From Harriotta raleighana (lineage: Eukaryota), in the NCBI GenBank assembly GCA_050575255.1, contig JBNZDD010013674.1:2141058-2205057 (forward strand): DNA of 64,000 nt, written 5' to 3'. Positions within the stretch are counted from its first letter, which is position 1; every line of letters starts with the position of its first letter. The notes beneath the pieces were generated by a model. That model ran no database searches and was not told the origin of the DNA. It was given only the letters and a program-made list of their open reading frames with translations. The translations under genes were made by a program, and so were the position numbers. This document shows positions 40,515 to 54,987 of the stretch, piece after piece.

Positions 40515-42098
40515 TCAATAAAGCCAAGCTGCACATAGCACTTGTAGTGTGTATTGTATGTAATGTTACCAGTTTTAGACATGTTTCCAAATGTGGCCTT
40601 ATTTCTTGCAGCCTGTGGCCTCTCGATTGGGAAACAATGGTGGGAAAATTCATTACAAAACATTCAAAACATCGATGATTAACAAACTATAAATTCGGAA
40701 GTTCAGAGCTCTGTCATATTTTGCATACTGTGTAAGGTTTGTAACAGTGCTAAAATAAATCAGTTATACACACTGTTTTTGTTTCATTAAACAGTTCCCA
40801 AAGTTATTTTGTTGGTGTTGGCTTTGCCTGCTGATTTCATGTCAAAGTCTGGCATGTTATGTCTTTCTGGACAATGCTTTCAGTCTGTAGAGATATGCAA
40901 AGAAGATAAAACCTTCAGTTAAGTCTCAGTGATTCTATTGCTAATGGCTTTCTCCACTCCTCTCCTGTAGCATTGACCTCTGCTGGGGTGCGGTTCCACA
41001 TATGGCTGGTTTCGTTCCAACATTTCGCTAAGTGACCACTCTGTAATGTCATTTCTACCTTTTACACTATTCTGCTTTTCCGAATGACCACCAGCTCTTC
41101 CTAAACAATTGCTACTGTGTATATAAAAAAAAGCAGCGGCGATTCACTTATGTCAGTATTCTTATTTTTCTTTTGTTGTCTACAACTGTAAGATATTATT
41201 GTTTATTCATAAACTCAGATTAAATTCTCTGTGTAGTGTGGATAAATGTTACTGCTCCCCTTCTCATCTCAATTCAAATGAACACACTATGCAACCCAGT
41301 GATTCGAATGATTGAAATATAAAGTACCAGCATAAGTGGCTATAAAACTACAAGTGTGCCATTTTGTGGGATCTCTGTGCTGCCTTCCTGAATAAATAAC
41401 TTTTGCATTGAAGAACCTTCACAATTGTAATGTTTTGTCTTTATTCAGCTGCCTTTGGCTTCTTGAAAGATCGCAGCAAAGGTATGGTAAAACGGGCAAT
41501 GTGTATTTCTTTGGTCGTACTTCACTTTGGAAAATATGAAGAGGAATACTGACATATGGTGATCCTTAAATAGTACCAGAATACATTTTATTTGAAAATA
41601 TGCAGGTGGGCCCTACATCACACTGAGGTCCTGGAGAACGCTAGACAAACTAAACTGGGATATTTAATCGAAGCAAGACTAGATATAGATCTAATATAAT
41701 TCAGATTTAATGGAAGGGCTCTTCAAACAAATCTATTGTCAGAATAATTAGGGTTAATGCCACTGCTTTGTCTTAAACTATTGTTATCCTTTTTTGCACC
41801 AAAACGACTGTGTAACATTGTGCACCTAAATCTATAAATAGCACAGAGCGGCAGCCCAAATAGTATATTAGTATTATTATAGTAAATGTAGGTCTCATTT
41901 TTAGTCCCAGAAGTTGAGTGGAAACTGGGCATAGGAATCCAGTGCTTTATGAGGTTATTCCACATAATACTCTAGAATAAAGGTGGTGGTGTACATAAGG
42001 TAGGTGTAACGTGTAACAACAACTACTTGCATTTATATAGCATAGCACCTCTCACTCAAGCAGGGCAGAGTCCTAGAGTGCAAACCAAAACACAAGGC

Positions 42099-42411
42099 AA
42101 TAATAATAATAATCCTTGTATTTGATACAGTGCTTTTCACTTCTTCTAGATATCTCAAAGTGCTTCATGGAATATACTGTAAAGGGAATTGATTGTAGAT
42201 TTGTGGACAAAATGCTTTGGCCAATTATGCCCTTTAGTGTCCCACAAACAGTCATGGATTGAAGCAACCAATTTATTATTGTTATTTTTTGGTAAGGGAT
42301 TATTATCAGGCATGTGGAGTAAGGAAACTTGTCCAAGGTTTTGCCCTGCAGGGAATTAAATCCAGGTGTCTCACTTGCAAGGCAAATGCTCTAACTGCTG
42401 AGCTGCAGGAC
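42099..42411 (-). mobile_element. tRNA-headed SINE, same family, full length
   Basis: Reverse complement begins GTCCTGCAGCTCAGCAGTTAGAGC...CAGGGCAAAACCTTGG and ends caaatacaaggattattatt. Confidence 0.8.
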
Positions 42412-45400
42412 GCCACATTTTTGTGCTGTAGTGCAAGATGGTCACTATTAACAGCGATATGGCCATTAATGGTGGAAAAATAACCAAGACAAAGCCAAGT
42501 TTTGTAGTGGTAGATTGATTTGCGCTCAGTTAACTATGGATCCAGTGGCTAAATAGGATATGAGCCTGTCTAACCTATCAATTAAGACTCAGCAGGTGGG
42601 CGTACTTATTGACACACAGTCTCCTTGGATGCTAGATAAAAACATTGCATCACAAGGAAGCAGGGTCATTAATTCATACTGTTGGCAAGATTTGGGTTTA
42701 AATCTAAGTTTATAGATTGCACTGAGACAGTAGGTTTCTCCCAAAGCTCCACTTACTGAAAATGAAGACATATCTCCAGGCTTTGATCCTGACAGAGGTT
42801 CATTGCAGCATAACCTTTGCTATCCTTTTCCCTTAAAACTGTATTTCAGTATTTTACTGCATAGCCGTCCAAGCTTATTTCCATATGGTGCTGCCTTGTA
42901 GAAAGGCACAGGGGTATAGAATAAGATTTGTCCACCTGCCAATTATATCCTGCTGCTGGGAAGAAATCTTTGACAATTCATCCTTAGCCATGGAGAGTTG
43001 AACAATTGCCAATATATCTTTAAATCAAATGGAATGGAGCAAATCTCAACGATTCCCTCTGTCAAATTCCTACATGGGAGTTGGCAGATATGTTATTTGA
43101 ATGATCTCCCAAAGGAAAATTGAACCTGCAGATTAGCATGCTACTGACTTTCGTAACACAAGAAATCTGACCCGTGCTTTCTTCTCGAGAAGAGCAGTAG
43201 TGGGGATGCACAGTGAAGCATCACGATAGTTTGATGGATAAGAGATCCATGAAGATGATGTGAATACTCAAGATTAGCTGCTGTTCACAACCGTGCCTTC
43301 CATTTCCCTCAGGTCTCAGATTAGCCTGGTTAGTTAGGATGAAATTATATTCTGTACAAACATTTCTTTTCAAAACTGCATTTATTAGTGCAACAGCTTT
43401 TACACTTGGTAGGCGGTCCTGTATTTTCATGCAAATACAATTAATTGTGCTTGCATGGATTATTTTAATAAAGGTTTAAGCCACGATCATGTAATTTCTA
43501 ACACCTATTTCATTTTGCAGAAACATGTTCAAGTGAAAATAGGGTGAAAATATTGGGGCCAACAATGTACAGTATTTTGGGGGTGTCATTTTTGGGATAT
43601 CTGGTACATTTGCAATATTTAAAGGTATTTAAACTGTACTGAGAGTTCCATATATATATGAAACATGCGCCTGAAAATTTTTCTATGTCTGGAATGGTAT
43701 GTTTACCCTGCTCACTGAAATCCTGAGCGTATTAGGCATAGAATTGTGTTGGGTTACGCTGCAATTTAAACAGCTAAAATCAAATAGCATGCCAATGCAA
43801 ACCAAGTCTAGCAGGCCATCTGTTAATTGTTCAGCTGGGACCATCCTACCTTATAGATCTAGCAGGGTTAACAAGAGTCAAATGGGAAGAAACCAGTCAC
43901 TTCCTAGTTTGTCTCTTCAAAAGACTAGATGTGCTTTTTGACTAGAATGTCATCAACAGTGCCTTGAAGAATAGTGGATTTGCTGCACCCGCCTGATTTA
44001 AGATGCGATAATAAGACTGGCACAGAGGGTTGACTTGAATCTGATATTCCATTGACAAGCATGTCAACTTGGGTAATAGGATAGCCACTTTTGTCAATGT
44101 TAAATTGGGAAAGGTGAGATTCACAAGAACTTGATGTCTAACTAGCAATCTGGATTCAAATACTGTATAAGGACAGAAAAGCAGAGTTGAGCATCTTCTG
44201 TGTACTTATACACAGAAGATGTAGATGTAGATGTTAACCTCATTCCAGCAGATGATGTCACTAACCTGGAGCATATAGTTAAGTATACATGGTACCACGG
44301 TACCGAGTAAGATATTTATTTAACATCCCGAGTCAAGAAAACAATGATGCACATAAAATTGATTGCAATAGAAAAAGAGAAATTAGCTTCATGTAAGATC
44401 AGAATTAACCAGGAATATTGGCATCATCTTGTTTCAAAAGGTGATGCTTGGCTTGAAATATTTTATCAGAGCAAAATTAGCAGTGACACTATCATTGGCC
44501 AGCCAAGGACGATCGATAGATTCAAAACAAATGAAAGATTGTCATGGCAAAAGAAGTCTTGCTTGAGACCGATTTGAAGTGTTAAAAATTGACAGGAAAT
44601 GCACACAAAAGAGTATTACCATAGTCACATGTATTTATCATATTCAGAAGCTAAAATTCTATGCAGAATTCATTAAATACTTGCAAAACTAGATAATTGG
44701 GTTAATAACCATTCTGACATGCTTCTATTTAGCTTGTAAGACAATATTTATTAACAGCATTCATTTCTATGTTATTTAACAATCTTTTGACAAGGTTTAT
44801 TTTAAATAACTTGCCATATCTTTAGCTTCTTAGAACAGATTAATTGAAATAATCCTTGCAATTGATATAGCACCTTATCACAGATTTTTTTCTGCTTTAC
44901 TCTCTTTGTTGATTTATTTATGATGATTCATAAATATTGTATTTTCCCCAACAATTATCACAGAATACCAGTTGCTTTGCCCATTATACTGTATTCTGTT
45001 TGTAAGTGAACAGATTTGGTTAGCTTTCCCAGATTGCTCTACTTTCTGGTATGAAAAATTAACGCCAGAAAGATAAGGAAAGTGTCTGAAAAATCTGCGC
45101 AATTCTCTCTGCAATTATATCATACATATTTATGAGGCAATTGTGTTAATCTTCAGGTATAAGTGTGTTAAATAATGGAAATGAGGGCTGAGTGGATTTA
45201 TTAACCCTCTGCCACAATAACGAGGAGTTGATGTGGCTGTTATTTTGACCCAATCATTGACTATCTACTTAATTTATCTTTTTGACCTTTCTTTGAATGT
45301 TCTTCTACCTGCCTGACTTACAAATTTGTGTTGGTTTGTTTTCAAAAAGCCACAATGTAATATTCGACATCCAGTCTAGTCTCTCCCACTTTGTGCTATT

Positions 45401-46789
45401 TCCATTCGCTGTGCCAAACATGTTTCAGGTTGCTTAAATGTTAAATGTGTCAGGTTGAATCTGCAGTCAATTGAAAAATATTGAATTTATAGTTGTTTTT
45501 ACATTTACGTCATCTTTTTACACTATCGTGATTGGAATCTTAGAATCAGGACAGCTAGATTGTCCCATCATATATTTAGTATAACTTGGCAGTTATCTTT
45601 TGCCACTAGAAAACATTAAAGGTGTTAAACATTCCACCTCCTAGTTGTTGCTTATGGTGTATATCTTGCATGTAGAATTTTTAATTCCGTAGTTTTCACT
45701 ATGTTACAACAAAATCACACTTGCATAGCACCTTTCACGTCAGGAGGACGTCCCAAGGTGCCAGAAGCATCACATAATGCAGTTCTTTAACCCAAAGAAC
45801 CAATCCAAGAATGACTGAATGTGTTCAACTTGCCAGATTAAAAAAAACTCAGAACATGAGCATATTTCTAAAACATTCAGGCAGCAAAGAATTTTATTGA
45901 TTGGGCAGAAGCTCACTATTCCAATACATTTAAATTTAGGAAGCAGATGTTATATGATCTGTGTGACAAGTTAAAAATTGATTGAAAATGCCAGTCCTCT
46001 ATTATTGTTCCAAATCCATGAGCCAACCAAGAAACGATTATGGGATTTATTATCAGAGAATCATAGACTTTTTGCAGCAATCAGCCATGGTGCCTGTGCT
46101 GTCTTTCTAAAACACCTATCTGTTAATCTCATTCCCTGCCCTTTCCCTATAACCTTTCACAAATTTTTCTTTTGCAAATATTTGTTCCAAAAAGTTTCAA
46201 TCTTTGTCTTTATTGGGACATTCTATATCCTGACCCTCTGTGAAAAGAAATTCTCCAAACATTTCACTTTGTATGCCTTCTGGTTACTGTCGCTCTGGAC
46301 AGTGGAATTAGTCTCTCTCTATTTTTCTTAGCAAAACCTCCCAAATGTGTCCAATCAGATCAATTTTCTCTATTCTTTTGAAAAAACCGTAAGTGCCTTT
46401 AGGGCATGATCTTGTGGTTTAATGGATAGGATGGACTGTAGGAAGAGAAGATGTATAGTATGCAGTCAATACATGTTGCAGTGAACTGTGTAAACCACTT
46501 TGAGATATCCTCCTGATGTAAAGGGTGATGTACCAGATGTGAGGATTATTTTTATATATTACCGTGGATATGAGAACCACAGACAAGTCAATATGAAAGA
46601 AGGGCAATGTCACTTGTGCAGCCTTGGCTTGTGGTATTGGACTTCTGGCTCACTTATCATCACTGATTAGTTTGATATACGCTATTAGAGTTTCTTGTTT
46701 TGCAATGATTTGGTTACTAAACCCGCTTTTTCCTCTGTCTCCCCCTTGTCCCTTTTTCCCCCTTTCTTCCCTGGCCCCATTTCCGTGTG

Positions 46790-47097
46790 TGTTTGTGGGA
46801 CACTGCTGTGCGCAATTTGGCTGCCGCGTTTCACCCCAGATATACACCTGGTTTTCCTTCTCTCTTCCTCCTACCCCAACCCCTCCCCTTGCCCTCTTTC
46901 CCCCTTTCATCCTTGGCCCCCTCGCTTCCATGACTGTTTGTGGGACACTGCTGTGCGCAATTTGGCTGCCGCGTTTCGCCCACAAATATACAGTCAGTTT
47001 TTCCTACTTTTTTTCCCCCAACCCCTCCCCCCACTTGACTGTACAGCACCTTGGGATGTCCTCCTGACGTGAAAGGCGCTACATAAATATAATATAT
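46790..47097 (+). mobile_element. Composite repeat: two Deu-core copies plus an L2-type tail
   Basis: tgtttgtgggacactgctgtgcgcaatttggctgccgcgtttc occurs at ~46790 and ~46935. It ends cttgggatgtcctcctgacgtgaaaggcgctacataaa. Confidence 0.7.
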
Positions 47098-48439
47098 AAA
47101 TAAATAAAATTAGCAGTCGATCAAAAGCTGTGATCTGGTTCCAATACCACAGATGTGACTTCATGGAATTTACCATTGAAACCAGCCCGAGGGAATCTAT
47201 CTCCAGTACATTAAGGCCCATCTGTTGTGATAAATATCAAACAAATACAAATAGTTACTCAAACAATGCATGCATATGGCTAATGGTTAAATGAATTGTG
47301 TAATCTTTTTCTTACAAATTTGAAATCAACTTTTAATTGACCATCTCATTGTACTTGGGTTAACTGAGCCAAGCTTAAAAGCCTTTTCAAACATTATAAG
47401 TATGTGCTCCAAAGGCTGTAAAGTGCATCATCACACCAGCTAATGTGCTAAGAGACTGAACGTCTTGGCAAATGGCTGAGTAGTTAGGGTACAAGGACAC
47501 AGAGACTCCATAAAGCCTTCATTTAAAGGTTAAGCTTTTTATCCATTAAGAGTTGTTCTTTCAAAAGGTGTATAAAGAGCATCAATTACATGACACTAAA
47601 TCAACATAAAATGTCCTTGGTGACCTCCCAGTGTCTCTTGCCATGGGTTTTATGGTGGCGCTTGAAGGAAATTGGAACAAGTAGGATAATGGGAGAGAAA
47701 TAAAAAAAACCTTTCAATCCAATTTCCCTTTTTTTTCATTGTGTCTGAATTTAAAGACATGAGCAAATGTGGCACCACCGAGGTTTCTTTCCTCAGGGCT
47801 AGAAGGGGTAAATGGTATACATTCCTACAAGTTTTCTTCATCTACCCTCTAATGTGTCTTTGTGAATGCTATTTGTATGTTTTCCTTTCATGGAAGCGCA
47901 ATTTAATATTCTGTGGCTTCACAACAATGTTCGGTATTATGGATGAAACTCAGTTACTCACATGAGAAGTAGACAGCAATGTTAAAGGTCACAAAGGCCT
48001 TCAACAGATAAAAGATATCTTACAAGATCAGAAGATGACAGATACATTTCATAGATTTTTTCGGCAGTAAAAATTCCTGGCTCATTCATCTTGACTCAGT
48101 CATCTTGTAACTGAGAGGAGAGTAGATATCAGGAGAGCATGTGGTATAAAGGAATTTATGAGAAAATGTGGAGGGAAATAGGTGGTTAATAGTTCTAAGA
48201 ACTCCACAAACAGTGAAGCTGTACCTCTGGAAAGGAGGAGAGCAAATATTATCTCCCTATTCAAATATAGAGTGACTCTTGATTTTGAAAATTATAGACT
48301 TCAGAGGCTAACACTAGTTACAGAAAAAAAAGCTTGAAAGCATTATATACATATGCCGAAGAGCACAGTTATTGTATGTAGTATTGGACATGGATTAAAA
48401 AGAACAGGTCTGTTTCAAGAATCTCTTGGGAGTTCTTTG

Positions 48440-48700
48440 AAATAAAGAAACTAAAGTAGTAGCTGAGAGCTATCCAGTTAATATAATTCACCTGGATTTT
48501 CAAAGGCATTTGATCGAGTTGCATATGTGAATTTGTTTTCAAGATGTCACGTTTTAGGGGAATTAATGGCTGACCAGCTGCTGGGTTGAAAACTGTCTGA
48601 AGCAATAGAATTCAACATTAATGGTAAATGGGAAGGCTTAATTGGGGAGTGGGGTGGGTTGAGGTTCATGAATAGAGTCTATTCTGAGCTGTCTGCTGAC
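48440..48700 (+). mobile_element. Decayed CR1 RT fragment
   Basis: ataattcacctggattttcaaaggcatttgatcgagtt resembles the CR1 motif YLDFQKAFDKV, with a frameshift. Confidence 0.5.
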
Positions 48701-51700
48701 CATATATGAATAATAAATAATTCATACATTTACAAATAACCTTGAGCACAGAAACAGATTGCTTGGCTCAACCAATAATATGGCGTCTTTCATGTTGGGA
48801 AGGTCATCTTATGGCGTTTCGTACAATGTTGTTTAGAAGACAGGAAAATATATTTAAAATATGTCTCCAATGTTTTCTGGAGTTTATTAGTCCCCTCACA
48901 TAGGCAGTTCTGTTTCCAATCTAAGCGGCTGACTAATAGCTCACATTTAATCCTTTGATCTTCTGATATTATAGCAGACAAAACAACCAAACAGGCAGGA
49001 GAAATGTCACACCAAATGAGATGAAACCAGAAGGTTTCATGTCCCATATATTTGACACGTGATTACTTTTGAAACACTAAATATTATCATTTCACAATCA
49101 GCCAAGAAGAGCTTGGAGCTGGAAAAGCAGCAAAACAAGTGGGATTCCTTCCCTGACTGTCCTGTGCTCCAGCTGATTACAAGAAGCGATTGAATGAAGA
49201 AGACGCTTTGGCCCATCTCATCTCATCCTTTCAGAAACCCCATTGTACATTTCCTCCATCTCAGAATCAAGCTGCTTTTTAAATTAGTCCGAGGGTCCTG
49301 GCCTCACCCACCATTCTTGGCAGTGTTTGATTACTTTCTGCGTAAAGAAAAAATCCTGTGTCTGATTGGAAATAGATCTTTGCAATTGTGAACCTCTGTT
49401 TTGTTCTACTGGTTTGGTGCTTTCTAAAGTATTAATCTAGATTTACTTAACCAATCCCATTTAAAATGTTACACAAGATCCCCTGTGAGTCACCTTCTTT
49501 CTCATTACTAACCACTCCACTAAACTCTGTGAGATCAAGAATGACACCAAATCACAAACCCACCCTACCTCTCCATCCTCCAGTTTCAACCACAGTTTCT
49601 GGTAGTGAGTTCCACACTCTGACCATCCTTTGCTTCAATGTTCCTAGTCCCACGAGTGGATAAACAGCCAGGGTTTGCATTGCTAATGCTCAGAAATGTA
49701 TGTACATATATTAAGTTGCTAAATGGAGGATCAGCCTAATCTATGCTTATTGTCAAGTATCCTAGAGCCATTTACTACCAAGGCTCCAGCGGGAAGAATG
49801 GATAAGATTCTTAATGGCTCCAGTTATCTTTGCAGCTTTACCACTTTCCAGAGTGAAGCAGTGGCTTCTGAGAAAGAGTAAGGTTCACATAGGCAGACTT
49901 TGAAATCTTGAAGTTGCATTTGACAAGGCAAATAAACAACAACAGCAAAAACAAAATTATATTTGTATAGTGCCTTTCACGTAGAGAGAGCGTCCCAAGG
50001 CACTGATAAAGTACATCTATCATCTTCGCCTTATTGCATATAACAAGATTTCTGCTTCCCACTGCTCGTGCTGGCAGCAAATATTTATGATACGCAACTA
50101 GAGGGTTTGAAGGAGGAGGGTCTCAAGATGTCAATGTTCAACTCAAGAGCACAATTGGCAGTAAGGAGTATTCTGAATGCATGAATGTAGAAGCTAAAGG
50201 GCATGGCTCATTAATCTGAAATTCTTTGAGGAGAAAATTAAACTAGGGGATGAAGGCTAGTCAATGGATATAATTCACTTGGAAGCCCATGATATAGTGA
50301 CATAGTTCAGTTTGTGAAGCTTCAGCAGAAGATTATAGTTCATGGAATTAACGTGAAAAATAGCTGATTGCATTGAAAAGTAACTTAACAAAGACAAGCA
50401 GAAGACATTGATAAGAGACAAAAAGCTTTGTGTTGGGCAGTTTCACAGAAACCTCTGCTGGGTGCTCTGACGTTCATAAACAAGATGGAGGAGAGTCATT
50501 TTTTCATGTTTCGATAATACCACCTGTAGCTAGACAATGGGTACAAGAGAGATTGATAGCATTGAAAGATGTGAAGAAGTTAAGCAGATAGACAAAAGAA
50601 TTGCAGATGCATTTTAATGCAGACAAAAGCCAGGCCACAAAGGCTGTGTACAATTTGTACAATTCATGTAGACATTAGCCTGCATTAAAATGCGGCCTCG
50701 TGTTACTGCCTCTAATAGAACCATGGAAATTTACAGAACAGGAGATTGCCCTGTGGCCCACCATGTATGTGCTGTATATCCAAAGATTGGTTTATAGTTC
50801 TTCACATGGGAAATGTTTGCTCAAGGTTTAAAAATGATTAGTTTTTGTATCCATTTTTCCATACCCATCCATTGTTGCATGTTGTGTGTGCAAACCACAG
50901 GTTAACAATAGGATTTCAGCAACAAGCAGGAAAGTTGAAGAAAAATTAGTTGCAACTGATTTTTACTGAGCATCATTAGCATTCAAATTGCTATGACCTG
51001 GTGACAAACATGAATGTCATAGCAATAACTGCTTTCTTCTTTGTGAATCGCCATGGGGATGTTTTAAACCTTCGGCTGCCAAAGGCTAAGCTGTGAAGTA
51101 CAATCTCCCCTGAGGTGAATTCAAGTGAAGAGTGCAGCAATTTGGCCAATTTACTTTTCCTTTTAGGTCTAATATGACTGGATTCTCTGGACTCCCTGAG
51201 TTCACTCAGCAAGACTTATAATGTGTTCTTCTCAATAAAATGTGAGAATCCCAGTGAAATACTGACAGATTTGGAAGGTTTATGCTTCTTTGACCTTGCT
51301 TTGTCACACTAAATGCCAAAAGTAACTTTGGAAAATTGCACAATTTTATGCGAGAAGGTGGAATAAAATATTAGTTTTTCACCCCTTCTATTCCACCTTT
51401 CAGATAGAAAGGACCTAATTCTTCCACCTGGTTATGTGTTCTCAGTATGAATACATTTTCCTGAACTGTGTATTTTCTGTACTTCTGCAGATGATTTCTG
51501 ACTCATATAAAATAAACCGTATTATTTATATAATAATTTTTTGGGAAAAAACCTATTTTGACTTTTCCAAGATCTTGAGACTATAGATTTCTTTGCCTCC
51601 TAGTCTTCAGGTTTTCCTACAACCTGTAATAATTTAAAAACCACCCTTACAGTCACCTATCAAATGCTCCTTGGCTTATTTTTTTTCTAGGAAACTTCAA

Positions 51701-51831
51701 TTTTTGTACTGAATTTTGTTGTTGTACTGTCCTAAAGCCCTTGGCATTTACTTACATTCTTGTCACTGTTCCTGTGAGTATTCTTCATCAGTGCTTGTGA
51801 AGCCTTTGATATGGCCAGCATTAAACAATGA

Positions 51832-52250
51832 TTAATAATAATAATTCTTGGTTTTTTATACAGTGCCTTATCAAGTCGATGGCAGACTCAAAACTCTTCA
51901 CAAGATTTAGTGTAAAATGGATTCACTGCATTTGGTGGGCGGAAACATGGCAGCCGTGCACAGCAATGTCCCTCACGAAAACAGTCGTGGAGTGACTGAC
52001 CAATTTCATTTAGGAGATTGTTGGTCAGGACACCCCTTTTCTTTTCGAATACTGCCATTGGATTTTTAATGTCCATCTGAACCGGCAGACAGTTTAACAT
52101 TCCATCCAAAAGATGATACCTCTGACAATGTAAAACCCTCCCAACATTTGGAGTATCATCTTGGACTGAATCCTGATGTGGGGGGCTTGAACCTACAGCA
52201 TTCTGATTTATAGGTAAGAGTGCTACCTCCCACCGTGCCAGGCTCACCAA
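51832..52250 (-). mobile_element. Longer DeuSINE-like element
   Basis: Colinear with 14315-14820: ggaaacatggcagcc, ttggtcaggacaccc, cgaatactgccattggattttt, catccaaaaga, gggcttgaacctacagcattctga. Confidence 0.65.
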
Positions 52251-54356
52251 ACCTTTTACGTATAATACCTATCACATCAGGAAGACAAACCAAAGGTGTC
52301 CTGGACATACTCAAGATGAGAGAAAACTGGATACAAGTGGGTGTTTAAGTACAACAAATATCGGTCCACCATTCTTGAAAGATGCTATCATGTGAGATTC
52401 TTATAATGGGCAGGTTAAAGTCATTATATTATGGACAGTATTTTAAATATGTTACATTGTAACACAGAAAAAAGCTTCATGCATCATGTAAAATAAAGCA
52501 CATCTAATGGAATCGACATAACTAAGTTGCCCAATCTTGCAGCATTCGTCATTTACATGGCCTGATGTTACCCATTATACTTTTTACAACTCCTCCACTT
52601 ATTACTATTAGGAATAATATTGGTGTGATATGAACATTAGTAAGGAACTGTGTTTGATTCCAATTGAAGCTGGATTGGGTAGATCAGGTTAATTCTGTTT
52701 GGTGCTGGCTAATATATACACATTTGGGAATTAGTGGAAAGATAAAACCTATTTGCATTTACTTTGCTATGTAGAGCACCAGATAAATAGCACTAATGCA
52801 TCTTACAATTAAAATGCACTCCACAATTATTAATGCATATGTAAGTGTTATATTGCACACTATGATTGCAACTGATTTATGAAGGCATTTTCTCTTTGTA
52901 TTACGCTGTTGGCACTTACTTTTGTAGAATATTCATATTGCTGTTATTATCAGTATGTTCTATGTGAACACTTCAAAATCGATTATCTGGTAAATATTGT
53001 AAAGATTTTATATTTGAATTTTGTTTTTAGTGACTAATTCCTAATTTTAAATAGTTACTTAGAGATGCTTTCTAAATGTTGCCTTGGACAGCAGTTTATT
53101 GATAACTTGATATTACTGCTAACAGCTTGGTTGGGGCAGGATTTTGATTCCATTTTTGTGATAACATTAGCTCATATTGATGAGCTCCTTTTTCCAGTGA
53201 CTCACTGCACAACTGTTACTTCTAAGTGAATTAGCAATGAACACTAGGGCCATTTGTTGGGTCAGGTATATTTCGCAGAATTGATATGAAGAGTTTAACG
53301 TCACTGTTATTGTCAGTGGTGGAAATGTCAGAAATTCTCTCTCATCCAACTGGTCCAAAGTATTGATTTGAAACCTTTTTAATAGATTAAGTAAAATGTC
53401 TAACTATCGGATTATATTATCAATGTTTGGATTACTGTAAATCACTAAAGGAACTGTTATTCCTCCCCCCAAAAATTCATGTGATGCCACAAGTCACACA
53501 CAAGGTTAAATGATGATTGAGTAAACTAAATTCTCTTGTGTGAGGTTAAACTAGCTGCTCTTTGCTCCAATGCTATACAATACAACCTGACTTGCCTCCA
53601 CGCTGCTCCACAGATCGTTCCCCAGACAACAGCCGTAGCAGCTGACAATCAATCCATCAACGGCCAATATAAATGCACAGCACAAACATGAGACAAAACA
53701 TCAGGGCAGCTACACGTTAATAAAAAAAAGTACATGGAAAGCAATGTCTGAGCAAGCTTGACATCAACTAAAGCAAATACCAGAATATTGTACACAGAAG
53801 GGGGCAAGTATACAAGAAATCCCACAGGACAGGGAAGAAGTGGAGGTTTGACAACTAGTTTGAGAAGAAAGTGTGTCTTGCAATACTACAGATGAAAGGG
53901 CACAAGCACAAACAGAAAGTAGACAGAATACACAAGACACAAAAAACTTACCTCATACCATGGATGTTAGTAATCACACACTAAAGAACAATTCCAGTTC
54001 TTGCATAAAACACAACCCACTGTGGACATCATCCTGCAAACATCTACCCTCCATTCAAGAAGAACTCACTTAGGTTTACCATGTTTTTCCCGTTTAATTG
54101 AAGAAACAGTAAAAATATTATTTGTTTTGAATAGAACCCTGCTTGAATGGCTCCTTCTGCCCTGTGGATTTCTGGTTCTAAATAAGAGAAATAATTCATT
54201 CAGGAATAATATTCGTCACTCTGTCCTATTGTGAAGTTACACACTTTACTGGAATGTTTATACCCACGCATAAACAGCTAGCATTTCCTATGTTATATAT
54301 TATAATCATTATCTATCGGTAAATACATGAAGAACAAATGATATATGCACTTTGCT

Positions 54357-54655
54357 GTCCTGTAGCTCAGTGGTTAGAGCACTCGCCTCACAAGCGGGAG
54401 ATCTGTGTTTGAATCCCAGCAGGGCAAAACCTTGGGCAAGTTTCCTTACTTCACACGCTTAATAATAATCCCTCAAGAAAATAAATAAACAAATAATAAT
54501 TTGGTCACTCAATCCTCGACTGCTTGTGGGACACTTTACAGTATATTCCTTACTAATTGCTGTATATTCACTTTACAGTATATTCTGTGAAGAGATTTGA
54601 GACGTCTCGAAGGTGTGAAAAGCGCTACATCAAATGCAAAGATTATGATATTATT
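54357..54655 (+). mobile_element. tRNA-headed SINE, near full length, antisense to SYT1
   Basis: Cloverleaf-like head 54357-54426 with A box TAGCTCAGTGG and B-box-like GTTTGAATC. Body aaaccttgggcaagtttccttact. L2-like tail gtgaaaagcgctacatcaaatgcaaagattat. Confidence 0.8.
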
Positions 54656-54818
54656 TATACAATGTGGTATAATAAACTTATTTTCATTGAAAAAAATCTA
54701 GAATAGTTCATCCATTTAAATTCTGATCTCTACAAGATTTATAACAATAGAAGCAAAAAAAAACAACAAAGTTGACTGGAGTCAGTATTGGTGAAAATAT
54801 TTTGCGTCATCTACTTAC

Positions 54819-54987
54819 GTGGAATTTTGTGGAGTTCATTCATAAATTTGTCTTTCAATTTGGAAACGGCATCTTCCTTTCCTCCTCCAGGGCTAGCCAC
54901 CTCTGTGGCATTTCCTGGTGTGATGGAGGGTGCAGAGGTAACAGGGGGTGCTGCCAATGCCTCACTACGACCTTCGTTCAGCTTCAT
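54819..54987 (-). CDS. SYT1: Synaptotagmin-1 coding exon 1 (luminal N-terminus)
   Basis: Hand translation gives [56 protein letters not shown], matching the SYT1 N-terminus ([22 protein letters not shown]). Donor C|GTAAG at 54818. Acceptor (ttttgtctgtcag) puts the exon start at 55004, with 17 nt of 5' UTR. 169 coding nt, phase 1. Confidence 0.95.

Noticed and set aside
54357-54426. Functional tRNA-Val(CAC) gene
   Set aside because: The T arm is disrupted, and the sequence continues directly into a SINE body and tail shared with other copies in the window.
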